From Escherichia phage Halfdan: a DNA stretch of 42,858 nucleotides. The stretch is taken from the sequence record NC_072811.1, one strand, 5' to 3'. Of the stretch, positions 27,924 to 36,121 are shown piece after piece; positions within the stretch are counted from its first letter, which is position 1, and each line of letters opens with the position of its first letter. The translations under genes and the position numbers were made by a program. Below the pieces are notes generated by a model. It made no database searches and was not told where the DNA came from. It saw only the letters and a program-made list of their open reading frames with translations.

Positions 27924-28519
27924 TGTTCCAACCCCAAATAGGTTACGATTGCGGCCCGCGCTTCAAGCCAGCCGTTGCAGCGAACAGCGGCGTAACCATC
28001 GGCCCGAAGTTCGGCAATGCGTTTCGCCTGTTCTTCCGACAGCGAACCGCCCTTAACCTTTTTCATTTCGATATACAGACCGCACAACATTTCGTGTTTC
28101 GGTTCGCTATCGCCGAAAAGGCGTTGCATGTAACCCATTGCGACAACAGGTTTCGGCAAGCATACGTCGGGAACGCCAACGCGCACGCCTTCGCCTTTCA
28201 GCATAGCGGCCGTTCGTGCGTCACGCTTACCGCCGTTCGGGATTGCGTACATTTTCGACAGGTCGGGCGCAATGCCGATATTAGCCATTGCGGCGGCCCA
28301 ACAGAACAACGCGGCTTGTTCGCCGTGTTCCGACTTCTGTATGCACAAGTCACGGGGAAGCGGGTTCGAACCAATCCATTCGCCTTGGAAGACGGCGGCC
28401 CGCGTGTGGCGTTCGTCGTTGGTTACGTCTTGCCAATCGGCATCGGCTTTCAATTCGGCCACGGTTGCGGCCAGATATACGCCAACCGATGCGTCGTACA
28501 GAAGATGCGTGCGTTTCAT
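27920..28519 (-). CDS. VRR-NUC domain nuclease
   Basis: 199 aa from ATG 28517-28519 (TAAGGGG SD); PD-(D/E)xK signature GVPDV...EMKKVKGGSLSEEQ. Confidence 0.6.
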   Translation of the reverse strand: MKRTHLLYDASVGVYLAATVAELKADADWQDVTNDERHTRAAVFQGEWIGSNPLPRDLCIQKSEHGEQAALFCWAAAMANIGIAPDLSKMYAIPNGGKRDARTAAMLKGEGVRVGVPDVCLPKPVVAMGYMQRLFGDSEPKHEMLCGLYIEMKKVKGGSLSEEQAKRIAELRADGYAAVRCNGWLEARAAIVTYLGLEQ

Positions 28520-28529
28520 GCGGTGCCCC

Positions 28530-28721
28530 TTACGGTAGATTGTGGCGGTCGCGGCAAGGTGCGCAAGCGCCATTGACAAGGCGGCCCGACCATTCGCCGC
28601 ACAAGTCGCATTCGCCGGGAACCCCGGCCGGTATTGCCTTCGCTTTCGCGGTAATCGCTGCGATTGCGTCGGCGGTTTCGATTTCGGTTCTTGCGTCGGT
28701 CATATCCACTTCGTCGGCCAT
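28530..28721 (-). CDS. small C4 zinc-ribbon protein
   Basis: 63 aa; CDLCGEW...CAPC; spacing between Cys pairs shorter than classical TraR/DksA fingers. Confidence 0.45.
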   Translation of the reverse strand: MADEVDMTDARTEIETADAIAAITAKAKAIPAGVPGECDLCGEWSGRLVNGACAPCRDRHNLP

Positions 28722-28754
28722 GTTACCCCCATTGGTTAGCCAATACAGAATAGC

Positions 28755-28778
28755 AGAAAGCCGGGAACTTGTCCCGGC
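28755..28778 (-). terminator. weak candidate terminator after gene 28792..29274
   Basis: 7-bp stem GCCGGGA/TCCCGGC with 5-nt loop, followed on the minus strand by CUUUCUG. Confidence 0.3.
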
Positions 28779-28791
28779 CTTCGTGTTGCGG

Positions 28792-29274
28792 TTAGTGTTT
28801 CGTCGGCTTACGGCCCGTCAACGCTTCGAACAAGTCGGATTCGCTGTCGATATGTACGACCTTTGCGCCTTTCATCATTTCGCGCAATTCGGCGGGCATA
28901 GCGGCCCATACTTCGGGCGGCAATCCGGGGTTGCCTTCGGGTTCGGCGTCGTTGCGACGCTTCAAGCCGATAAGCGCCCCGATAAGGTCGAACAGGGCTT
29001 CGGCTTCGTCTTTGCCCGAATGCGCGGCCATTTCGGCGTTACGATGTTCGGTCGCTTCCACGCTATCCGACAGGCAAGCCGAAGCAATGACAGCGGTATC
29101 AAGGAAAACGCGCTTGTCGATACCGGGGCCAGTTTCGGCGTATTGCTTGCCAAGTTCGGTTACGTTGTGAAGAATGCGGGCCATCAATTCGACGCGCTGC
29201 ATAACGAAGCCGATAGCTTCGGGGTCGCGCACTTCGATAGCCAGTTTGTTACGGATTTCGCAAACGATACACAT
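28792..29274 (-). CDS. hypothetical protein
   Basis: 160-aa ORF; strong AAGGAG SD. Confidence 0.5.
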   Translation of the reverse strand: MCIVCEIRNKLAIEVRDPEAIGFVMQRVELMARILHNVTELGKQYAETGPGIDKRVFLDTAVIASACLSDSVEATEHRNAEMAAHSGKDEAEALFDLIGALIGLKRRNDAEPEGNPGLPPEVWAAMPAELREMMKGAKVVHIDSESDLFEALTGRKPTKH

Positions 29275-29354
29275 AGTTAAAACTCCTTGGGTTCGGGCCG
29301 GGGAACATCCCCGACCACGATTAGATTATGCGACAACTAAACCGATAACGCAAG

Positions 29355-29534
29355 CTATGCGACGAAAATAATTGCGCAAAGCATGTACCAAATTGCGTCG
29401 GCGTTGCGACCAGCCTTGCGGGCTTTGATTGCCTTGGTTACGAACACCATACCGACGACGAAGCCGATAACACGGCAAAGCGACAGGGCAAGCGCCAGCG
29501 TTGCGGCGTCGAAGTGGGGCGGGATAATTGGCAT
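29355..29534 (-). CDS. small membrane protein
   Basis: 59-aa ORF below the track cutoff, translated by hand (MPIIPPHFDAATLALALSLCRVIGFVVGMVFVTKAIKARKAGRNADAIWYMLCAIIFVA); ATG overlaps upstream stop (TAATG). Confidence 0.35.
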   Translation of the reverse strand: MPIIPPHFDAATLALALSLCRVIGFVVGMVFVTKAIKARKAGRNADAIWYMLCAIIFVA

Positions 29535-29785
29535 TAGCGGGTCGCCTTTATATAGCGGTTGAAGGTGCGTTCGGCGATACCGAACAACGTAAGGTGTACC
29601 AGTTCGCCGCCCGCGTTCGTGCTGTCGCGGCGATAGACGATAAGCGTATCGTTTTCGACTTCGTGACGCATTCTAAGGACTTCGTAAGCGCCCTTGCACT
29701 GGTGACGCTTCCAACCCTGTTTTTCGCACCATGCGGCGAAGTGTTCCAGCTTGCCGACTGCAAGCCTGTTGCGCGAACGTGACAT
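29534..29785 (-). CDS. hypothetical protein
   Basis: 83-aa ORF; AAAGGAGAA SD. Confidence 0.45.
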   Translation of the reverse strand: MSRSRNRLAVGKLEHFAAWCEKQGWKRHQCKGAYEVLRMRHEVENDTLIVYRRDSTNAGGELVHLTLFGIAERTFNRYIKATR

Positions 29786-29788
29786 TTC

Positions 29789-30019
29789 CTATTCTCCTTT
29801 CATTTCGTCAACCGCTACCAAGTTCCAGTTAGAACCGGCAAACGGCCGACTTGCGTTAAGCCGACGCACGAAATCATGCGCGGCCGTCCAATCCCGATGG
29901 CACTTCGAATATTTGCGCCAACGGGGCCGAAACGGTGATACGCGCCAGAATCCGGCACGCAATACGATATGCGGTTTCCGGTCTACTGGTGCGACGATGC
30001 TTTGATTACTGAAAGCCAT
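29789..30019 (-). CDS. hypothetical protein
   Basis: 76-aa ORF; TAAGGGGG SD; preceded by a motif-carrying stem-loop. Confidence 0.4.
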   Translation of the reverse strand: MAFSNQSIVAPVDRKPHIVLRAGFWRVSPFRPRWRKYSKCHRDWTAAHDFVRRLNASRPFAGSNWNLVAVDEMKGE

Positions 30020-30040
30020 AGCGGCCCCCTTATGCCCACA

Positions 30041-30241
30041 TTAGGCCGCGTTAAGTTTGGCGACAGCGGCGTCGATAGCGGCTTGCGTGTCGTCGGTCTT
30101 GATGATGCGGCACTTTTCGTCGGAATACGAATCGTCGCGTTCCTGTTCGACGCATTCGCGGTCGTAGTCGCCAAACTGAACCGACCAAACGCCGTCGGTC
30201 TTGGTCAACAAGCTGAAATACTGTTTCGCTTTCTTCGCCAT
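30041..30241 (-). CDS. hypothetical protein
   Basis: 66 aa from ATG 30239-30241 with GAAGGAG SD; track ORF extends to an ATG at 30322 that lacks an SD. Confidence 0.4.
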   Translation of the reverse strand: MAKKAKQYFSLLTKTDGVWSVQFGDYDRECVEQERDDSYSDEKCRIIKTDDTQAAIDAAVAKLNAA

Positions 30242-30362
30242 TTCGATAACTCCTTCGCTGTATCCGGTGACTGTTGCGACAGTATCGCCGCATTCCGTCG
30301 GACTGTCAACCGGATTTTTCATCGGATAGCAAACCGGTTCGTCGTTTGCCCCTTGGCCCCAG

Positions 30363-30603
30363 CCTTATACGAATTTAAGGGTTCCGATTAGCCCTAAGTC
30401 CTTGTATTTATTGAAGATATAAAAAGTATAAAGAGTATAAGGATAGTACCTATTTTAGTGAATGTACGGAATCCGATAACCAATCCGACGGTTTGGGGGA
30501 TAGAAGGGGAAGTGAAGGTTTATCGCCTTATAACCCTTATACCCTTATAACATCAATGAAATCAGGGGGTTAGGGCTTATACGCGGCCTTAGCCCCCTTA
30601 TAC
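30363..30603. repeat. iteron cluster with AT-rich core (candidate replication origin)
   Basis: at least 7 copies of CC(C)TTATA(A/C) in both orientations, three in tandem at 30526-30550; AT-rich stretch 30400-30470; noncoding gap between primase stop (30624) and next gene. Confidence 0.5.
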
Positions 30604-30623
30604 TGATTCGTCGGATAGGTTAG

Positions 30624-32930
30624 CTAGAAGCCGAACGCCCGTGGTGCCGAAATCATGTACGCAACGCCACGGAATCCGAACTTATCAATCAATTGACCTT
30701 TACCCAATTCCGCAATGTCGCCACGGTCGCAAAGCGTCTTCAAGGTGCGTCGGATAACGTCGGATGCCGTGATTCGTTCGCCTTTGAAAGCGGATAGGTT
30801 AGCCAATTTACGTTGAAGGTACGGATACGGAATAATGCGTTCGCCGTGCATCATTGCCGACCCGCCATACGACGCCACTTCCGACCAAGGCCGAACGACG
30901 TATTCGCGAATAACGCGTACCATTTCGTTAAGCTGTTTGGTTTCGTTGCTGTTCTGGCCGACTTCGCCGCTATTGAACCGACCTAACAGGTTGTTCGAAT
31001 CCGCTTCAACGATACGCAAGGCCCAAGCGGCGGCGCTGGCATCAATGGTCGGGTTATAGGGGTCACAACCGACGGCAACCAGCCCGGCTAGTTTCATGGC
31101 CTTAATGTGGGCACGGTTCCAAAGGTGGCGCGTGACTTCGCGGGATGCGTTGTTAATTCGCTTGTCGCATTCTTCGTTGAAAGCGTCGAACAGTTCTTTC
31201 GCTTCCGGCGATACGCGGATATGCACCGCTTTATGCGAGTTGTTCAGCATCAACGCTTGCGCGCACAATTGCGCCATACGTTCGACCAGTTCATTCGACG
31301 GCATTACGAACGCGTGGCCTTCGTTCATAGACGGCCGCTTTCCTCGGTATTCGATGATGGTAAAGCGCGGCAACAAACCTTCGCTAATCATCATTTCATC
31401 AAGGAATTCGTAAAAGCGTTCGGGCGTTGATTCGCCTAGCATCGTGTAAGACGGTGCCAGAACCGAAGCCGTATTCTTTTCTTTATCCGAATAGATGGTC
31501 GGACGCAAAACCGAACCTTCGCCGGACTTGTTGAACAGGTCAAGCAACAGGCGGCGCAAGCCGACAAGGTGCGTCGGTGCGCGGGGGTCGGTCATTTGCT
31601 GCAATGCGATACCGATTTCGCCGACGATGCTTACAAAGCTGGTCGGGCCTTTCGACATATATTTAACCAACGCTTGCGCCGATGCGATTTCAGCCGGGCC
31701 GATGAATTCGTTAGCCGCTGGCACGGTGCGTTGCACTTGGCCCATTAGCTTTTCAATGCCCTTTGCGATTGCTTCTTTACCGGTGCCGGTTGGGGCCAAC
31801 AACATAACGTATTGGTTCAATCCGGTATTCGACACGTTGTACGCACGCCCACATATACCAGCCATCAAGCCAATAGCGGCCGTAAGCGCGATTTCCGGTA
31901 CAGGCCGGGGCGCTTGCTGGTAAATGAATTGCGCGATTTCGCCCATAAGGCCGGGCGGCACGGTGTACGGCGTATCGCCTTGGGGTTCGGGGATATATTC
32001 GGCTGTCGGCACGCTGGCGGCTTCCTGTTGCACGGCGACGCGGCTTTGTTGCAATGCTTCGTTAAGCCGGTTCATAAGTGCGGCGGTATCGACTGGCGGC
32101 AACATGCGGTCGAAAGACTTGTTAATCATGTAGTCGATATAACCGACGCCACGAATCGACGTTTGTTTGTCGCGTGCGCCCAACGGCGACGCTTTGAACA
32201 TCCGGGTAAGCTGTTCGCGGTTTTGGGTATAAAACGCCAAAATGTTGATATACGCTAAGTCGGCTTCGGATTGCGACGGATACAGGCCGACCCAATCGCC
32301 GTTATGCAACGACATAAACTTCGCGCCGTTTTCCGCATTGCGTGCGATTTCGATAACTTCGTCGTCCGACTTGGTTTGCGGTTCGTTGCCGTCGTAATAT
32401 GTCTTTTCTTCTTTACCGCCCAACAGGGTATAAAGTTCGTTGACCATATCGTTACGGTCTTCGATAGCAGGGTTCGAACCGTTAAGGAAATTGCCCGTCA
32501 TGGTCATAAAGCGACCGGACGAATACAGTTCGATACGGTTACGCTTGCGACCGGCTGGCAACGCACCTTTTACGATGATATGCACGCCCTTACCGCTTGG
32601 CGAAAGTTCGGTATACGACCCTAGCCGTTGGTAAATCGTGATTTGGTCGGCGTACAATTTCGGGTCGCCGTCCGTATCGTCAAGGTCGATAAAGCAATAC
32701 GGGTCGTTTTGCGTTAACACGAAGCCCAAGCCGTTAAACCATCCGTCTTGGCACGCTTGCGCGGCTTGCTCAAACGTTCCGAATGTTGACGGTTCGTTGA
32801 CATTCGCCCGCGTTTGGAAATTATGCGGCGAATACGGTACTTTGGTCGGCTTATCGGCTTGCGTGTCTTCGTAACGCCAAACTACCCAATGCGGCGTATT
32901 CCGCAATTCTTCGGGTATGTTCTGGTACAT
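30624..32930 (-). CDS. DNA primase (prim-pol-type N-terminal domain) with C-terminal NTPase-like region
   Basis: 768 aa; PHWVVWRYE, FIDLDD, SPSGKGVHI, ELYSSGRFMTMTG motifs; P-loop-like APTGTGKE. Confidence 0.7.
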   Translation of the reverse strand: MYQNIPEELRNTPHWVVWRYEDTQADKPTKVPYSPHNFQTRANVNEPSTFGTFEQAAQACQDGWFNGLGFVLTQNDPYCFIDLDDTDGDPKLYADQITIYQRLGSYTELSPSGKGVHIIVKGALPAGRKRNRIELYSSGRFMTMTGNFLNGSNPAIEDRNDMVNELYTLLGGKEEKTYYDGNEPQTKSDDEVIEIARNAENGAKFMSLHNGDWVGLYPSQSEADLAYINILAFYTQNREQLTRMFKASPLGARDKQTSIRGVGYIDYMINKSFDRMLPPVDTAALMNRLNEALQQSRVAVQQEAASVPTAEYIPEPQGDTPYTVPPGLMGEIAQFIYQQAPRPVPEIALTAAIGLMAGICGRAYNVSNTGLNQYVMLLAPTGTGKEAIAKGIEKLMGQVQRTVPAANEFIGPAEIASAQALVKYMSKGPTSFVSIVGEIGIALQQMTDPRAPTHLVGLRRLLLDLFNKSGEGSVLRPTIYSDKEKNTASVLAPSYTMLGESTPERFYEFLDEMMISEGLLPRFTIIEYRGKRPSMNEGHAFVMPSNELVERMAQLCAQALMLNNSHKAVHIRVSPEAKELFDAFNEECDKRINNASREVTRHLWNRAHIKAMKLAGLVAVGCDPYNPTIDASAAAWALRIVEADSNNLLGRFNSGEVGQNSNETKQLNEMVRVIREYVVRPWSEVASYGGSAMMHGERIIPYPYLQRKLANLSAFKGERITASDVIRRTLKTLCDRGDIAELGKGQLIDKFGFRGVAYMISAPRAFGF

Positions 32931-33133
32931 TACTTAACCTTTGCTTTCAGATATGCGTAAAGGGTTTCGACGAAGACGACGCCGGGGTTATCCGACTGGC
33001 CTACCGCGAACGCACGAATCCAAGCGACCGACAGGCCGGTTTCGTCAGCAATGGTCTTGTATTCAAGGTTACGGGGGCGATTCAACAGAAGTTGCCGGGT
33101 TTCATCCCGCCAACCGGTGACAAGCTGGGTCAT
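32930..33133 (-). CDS. small helix-turn-helix DNA-binding protein
   Basis: 67 aa from ATG 33131-33133 (TAAGGA 9 nt upstream) or 70 aa from ATG 33140-33142; YKTIADETGLSVAWIRAF HTH-like segment; first gene of the leftward unit. Confidence 0.5.
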   Translation of the reverse strand: MTQLVTGWRDETRQLLLNRPRNLEYKTIADETGLSVAWIRAFAVGQSDNPGVVFVETLYAYLKAKVK

Positions 33134-33173
33134 TGTGGGCATTCCTTACGGTTGCGCGTGGTCATTGGCCGAA

Positions 33174-33202
33174 ATGATACGGCGAAAATCATGTAACGTA
33201 AA
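33174..33202 (-). promoter_or_regulatory. candidate leftward promoter for the HTH-primase unit
   Basis: minus-strand TTTACG, 17-nt spacer, TATCAT; back to back with the rightward promoter. Confidence 0.35.
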
Positions 33203-33214
33203 GCGAAAATTCTA

Positions 33215-33243
33215 TTGACGCCCGCAAGCCCCGGCGCTACTAT
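33215..33243 (+). promoter_or_regulatory. sigma70-like promoter for the rightward early unit
   Basis: TTGACG (33215-33220), 17-nt spacer, TACTAT (33238-33243); GGAG SD before mazG-like ATG at 33294. Confidence 0.5.
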
Positions 33244-33293
33244 ATGGGCACGGTTGGGAACCCCCGGCCGCAACCCTAACCGGAGTCGTCCCA

Positions 33294-33917
33294 ATGACCC
33301 AACCCAAACCCTTCAACTATCAAGCGGAAGCCGTGCAAACCCTGTCGGCTTCGTTCTTTGGCGAATTCGTAAGCCGCGCCGAATTGCTTGGCGCACTGCA
33401 AGCGTTCAGCATCGCCGCCGCCCGGCTTGACGAAATCAAGAAACGCCTGTTCTACGGCCGCAACGTCGAAGCGATGCCGATGTTCGTTCCCGAAGAATCC
33501 ATCGAATCCAGCGAAATGCCTTGGACTTCGGCCGAAGAAACCATCGCGCACGCAATCATCGGCGTCGGCACCGAAGCGGGCGAACTGGCCGACGGTCTTA
33601 TCGCCGCACTGATTAACAAGTTCGGCGGCCAGCCTACCGGCTTCGACCTTGTGAACCTTGGCGAAGAAGGCGGCGACGTTCTTTGGTATCTGGCCGCACT
33701 GGCCCAAGGAACCGAAATCAGCATCGACGGTATGATGCGGGCGAACATCGCCAAACTTCGCAAACGCTACCCGAACAAGTTTACCGCATACGACGCGAAT
33801 AACCGCGACCTTGGCGGCGAACGCGACATTCTGGAATTGATGCAACCGAACTTGCCGGGTATCACTTCGCCGGATGCCGAATTGAAACATCGCATCGAAA
33901 GCGAAAAAGACGCTTGA
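33294..33917 (+). CDS. MazG-like nucleoside triphosphate pyrophosphohydrolase
   Basis: 207 aa; TEAGELAD and GEEGGDVLWYLAAL motifs. Confidence 0.7.
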   Translation: MTQPKPFNYQAEAVQTLSASFFGEFVSRAELLGALQAFSIAAARLDEIKKRLFYGRNVEAMPMFVPEESIESSEMPWTSAEETIAHAIIGVGTEAGELADGLIAALINKFGGQPTGFDLVNLGEEGGDVLWYLAALAQGTEISIDGMMRANIAKLRKRYPNKFTAYDANNRDLGGERDILELMQPNLPGITSPDAELKHRIESEKDA

Positions 33918-33942
33918 CGCGCCGGTTCGATTGACGTATATT
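33914..33942 (+). promoter_or_regulatory. sigma70-like promoter upstream of gene 33995..34462
   Basis: TTGACG (33914-33919), 17-nt spacer, TATATT (33937-33942); overlaps the mazG-like stop codon; followed by leader hairpin 33953-33971. Confidence 0.5.
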
Positions 33943-33994
33943 TCTATTCAACGGGCCGAATTGGTCGGCCCGGTTTAACGAAAGGGTAATCGAA

Positions 33995-34462
33995 ATGACC
34001 GACAACAACGCGCAAGCATGGGGCCAGCCGACCGAAGCCACCAAAACCAACGACCAGCTTATCGGCGAATGGGAAGCGGCGGCGAAACAACTGGCGCACT
34101 TCAAAGCGATTGAAGCGGCGGCCCGTAAGGCGATGGTTGACCGCATGTTCCCGAACAACGCCGGTCTTTCCGGCACCAAAAACGCCGACTTGGCTAACGG
34201 TTACAAGCTGAAAGCCGTGTTCAAGCTGAATTACAGCTTGAACAACAAAGACGATGCCGTCGATAAGGCGCTGTCGAAAATCGAAAAGGCTGGCCCCGAA
34301 GGTCAGTTCATCGCGAACCGTCTGGTCAAATGGAAGCCGGAACTTTCGGTTTCCGAATACAACGAACTTGAACCGAAGTTCAAGAAAATTATTGACGAAG
34401 TGTTGAAGATTTCGGACGGTACGCCGTCGGTTGAAATCGTCGCACCGAAAGAAAAACGTTAA
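33995..34462 (+). CDS. hypothetical early protein
   Basis: 155-aa ORF; AAAGGG SD; precedes Sak4-like gene. Confidence 0.45.
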   Translation: MTDNNAQAWGQPTEATKTNDQLIGEWEAAAKQLAHFKAIEAAARKAMVDRMFPNNAGLSGTKNADLANGYKLKAVFKLNYSLNNKDDAVDKALSKIEKAGPEGQFIANRLVKWKPELSVSEYNELEPKFKKIIDEVLKISDGTPSVEIVAPKEKR

Positions 34463-34514
34463 TCAACGACGCCCGGTTGCCCACATTAGGCCGCCGGGCT
34501 TTTCAGGTGAAACT

Positions 34515-35195
34515 ATGCAAACACGCGACTTACGACCGGCCGGGGATTTCGCCCGGCAATACGGCGTCAAGATGTTGGCCTATGGGCCGCCCGGTTCGGG
34601 TAAGACGCCGCTTATCAACACCGCACCGCGCCCGGTATTGCTGATTACCGAACCGGGTATGTTGTCGATGCGCGGTTCGACGGTTCCCGCATGGGAAGCG
34701 CCAACGGTTGAACGAATCGACGAATTCTTCGATTGGCTGTTTCGGTCGAATGAATCCAAAGGTTTCGATACCGTCGGCGTCGATTCAGTGTCGCAACTGG
34801 CCGAAATCGTGGTGAAAGCCGAATTGAAACGCAACCGCGACGGTCGGAAGGCTTACGGCGAAATGGCCCGAAAGGTACTAGACCACCTTACCGGCCTGTA
34901 CTACATGCAACAGAAACACACGTATCTAATCGCAAAACAAGCGATGGCGGAAGAAGAAGGTACGCAAGTTAAGAAACCGTATTTCCCCGGTCAAGAATTG
35001 GGGATTCAGGTTCCGCACTTGTACGACCTAATCGGGCATGTTGCAAAGACGACGGTTCCCGGTGTACAATCGCAAGTGTTGGCGATTCGCACCGCACCAA
35101 CCTTCGGAATCAACGCACCACGCGACCGAAGCGGTCGGCTTAACGAACTGGAACAACCAGATTTAACGGCACTGTTCAAAAAGGCAATGTCGTAA
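34515..35195 (+). CDS. Sak4-like RecA-fold ATPase (recombination / single-strand annealing)
   Basis: 226 aa from ATG 34515 (track ORF starts upstream at a non-ATG codon); Walker A AYGPPGSGKT and Walker-B-like VGVDSVSQL. Confidence 0.7.
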   Translation: MQTRDLRPAGDFARQYGVKMLAYGPPGSGKTPLINTAPRPVLLITEPGMLSMRGSTVPAWEAPTVERIDEFFDWLFRSNESKGFDTVGVDSVSQLAEIVVKAELKRNRDGRKAYGEMARKVLDHLTGLYYMQQKHTYLIAKQAMAEEEGTQVKKPYFPGQELGIQVPHLYDLIGHVAKTTVPGVQSQVLAIRTAPTFGINAPRDRSGRLNELEQPDLTALFKKAMS

Positions 35196-35251
35196 ATAAC
35201 CGAATTCGACACGGTTTGATTGTCGGAACTTTTCGAAAAGGTAGAAACAAA

Positions 35252-36061
35252 ATGGCTCAATTGATGCAAGCGTTCGACGCACGTAACGTAGACCCGACCC
35301 AAGGCGTCGGCGGTTTGCCAATCGGCAAGCATCCGGTTATCGCTATCAAGTCGGAAGTAAAGCCGACCAAGGATAACGATTCCGGTTATCTGCAATTCGA
35401 CTTGCAGGTTATCGACGGCCCGAACAAAGGTGCGGTCGGCGCTTACCGCCTGAACCTGTACCATACCAACCCGCAAACCGTCGAAATCGCGCACAAACAG
35501 TTGTCGGCTTTGTGCCACGTTACCGGCGTGTTCCAAGTGCAAGATTCGCAACAGTTGCACAACATCCCGTTTATGGTCGAAGTCGGGTTGCAGAAAGAAC
35601 CGAACCCGAACAAGTACACCGACGTAAAACGCGTGTTCGATATCAACGGTAACGAACCCGGCCACGCCAACGGCAACGGTCAAGCCGCGCAGAACAACGG
35701 CGGCCAAGCCGGTAACAACGGCGGTTCGTGGGGCAACCAGCAACAGAACGGCGGCCAGAACCAGCAGCAAAACAACGGCGGCAATAACGCCGGTTGGGGC
35801 GGTCAATCGCAAGTCGCGAACAACGTTCCGATGCCGGATAACAACGGCGGTAACAACCAGAACCAAGGCCAGAACAACGGCGGCGGTAATCCGGGTTGGG
35901 GCCAGAACAACGGCAACAACGGCCAGCAGGGCAACCAGCAGGGCGGCGGCTGGCAAGGCAACCAGCAGGGCAACCAAGGCCAGCAGCAAGGCAACGGCGG
36001 CGGCTGGAACCAGAACCAAGGCAACGGCGGCGGCCAACCGGCTTGGGGCCAACCGCGCTAA
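35252..36061 (+). CDS. putative ssDNA-binding partner of Sak4 with G/N/Q/W-rich C-terminal tail
   Basis: 269 aa from ATG 35252; globular N-terminal ~140 aa then ~130-aa low-complexity tail with periodic GW; functional call by context. Confidence 0.4.
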   Translation: MAQLMQAFDARNVDPTQGVGGLPIGKHPVIAIKSEVKPTKDNDSGYLQFDLQVIDGPNKGAVGAYRLNLYHTNPQTVEIAHKQLSALCHVTGVFQVQDSQQLHNIPFMVEVGLQKEPNPNKYTDVKRVFDINGNEPGHANGNGQAAQNNGGQAGNNGGSWGNQQQNGGQNQQQNNGGNNAGWGGQSQVANNVPMPDNNGGNNQNQGQNNGGGNPGWGQNNGNNGQQGNQQGGGWQGNQQGNQGQQQGNGGGWNQNQGNGGGQPAWGQPR

Positions 36062-36076
36062 GTCGCAATCAACGGT

Positions 36077-36104
36077 AAGGGGCTTCGGCCCCTTATCGTC
36101 TTTA
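36077..36104 (+). terminator. candidate terminator after gene 35252..36061
   Basis: stem AAGGGGC/GCCCCTT with TTCG tetraloop, then ATCGTCTTT. Confidence 0.45.
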
Positions 36105-36121
36105 CAGGGGAATAATGCCGT

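Noticed and set aside
25572-28344. tRNA genes suggested by GGTTCGAA-like strings at about 25572-25589 and 28330-28344
   Set aside because: Both lie inside well-supported coding regions and no cloverleaf-compatible flanking structure is apparent; intergenic gaps are too short or are occupied by iterons or promoters.
27923-29280. Plus-strand ORFs 27923..28576 and 28288..29280 in the accessory region
   Set aside because: Arg-rich antisense-type composition; the minus-strand genes here show SDs, TAATG coupling and recognisable domains (VRR-NUC, zinc ribbon).
30363-30603. Possible CRISPR array in the repeat-rich intergenic region
   Set aside because: Repeats are only 8-9 nt, occur in both orientations and are directly tandem without spacers of regular length; this fits iterons, not a CRISPR array.
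33276-33890. 204-aa minus-strand ORF antisense to the MazG-like gene
   Set aside because: Opposite a gene with clear MazG motifs; it would run into the divergent promoter region; no SD.
22721-35252. N-terminal extensions of several track ORFs (starts at 3201, 3635, 22757, 24512, 25275, 25564, 30322, 34431, 35216)
   Set aside because: These begin at TTG, GTG or non-ATG codons or lack an SD, and overlap the upstream gene; an internal ATG with an SD and stop-start coupling gives a more parsimonious start in each case.
35006-36052. 348-aa minus-strand ORF antisense to the Sak4 and partner genes
   Set aside because: Its Ala/Leu/Val-rich sequence is the complement of the Gly/Asn/Gln repeat codons; the plus-strand genes have Walker motifs and SDs.
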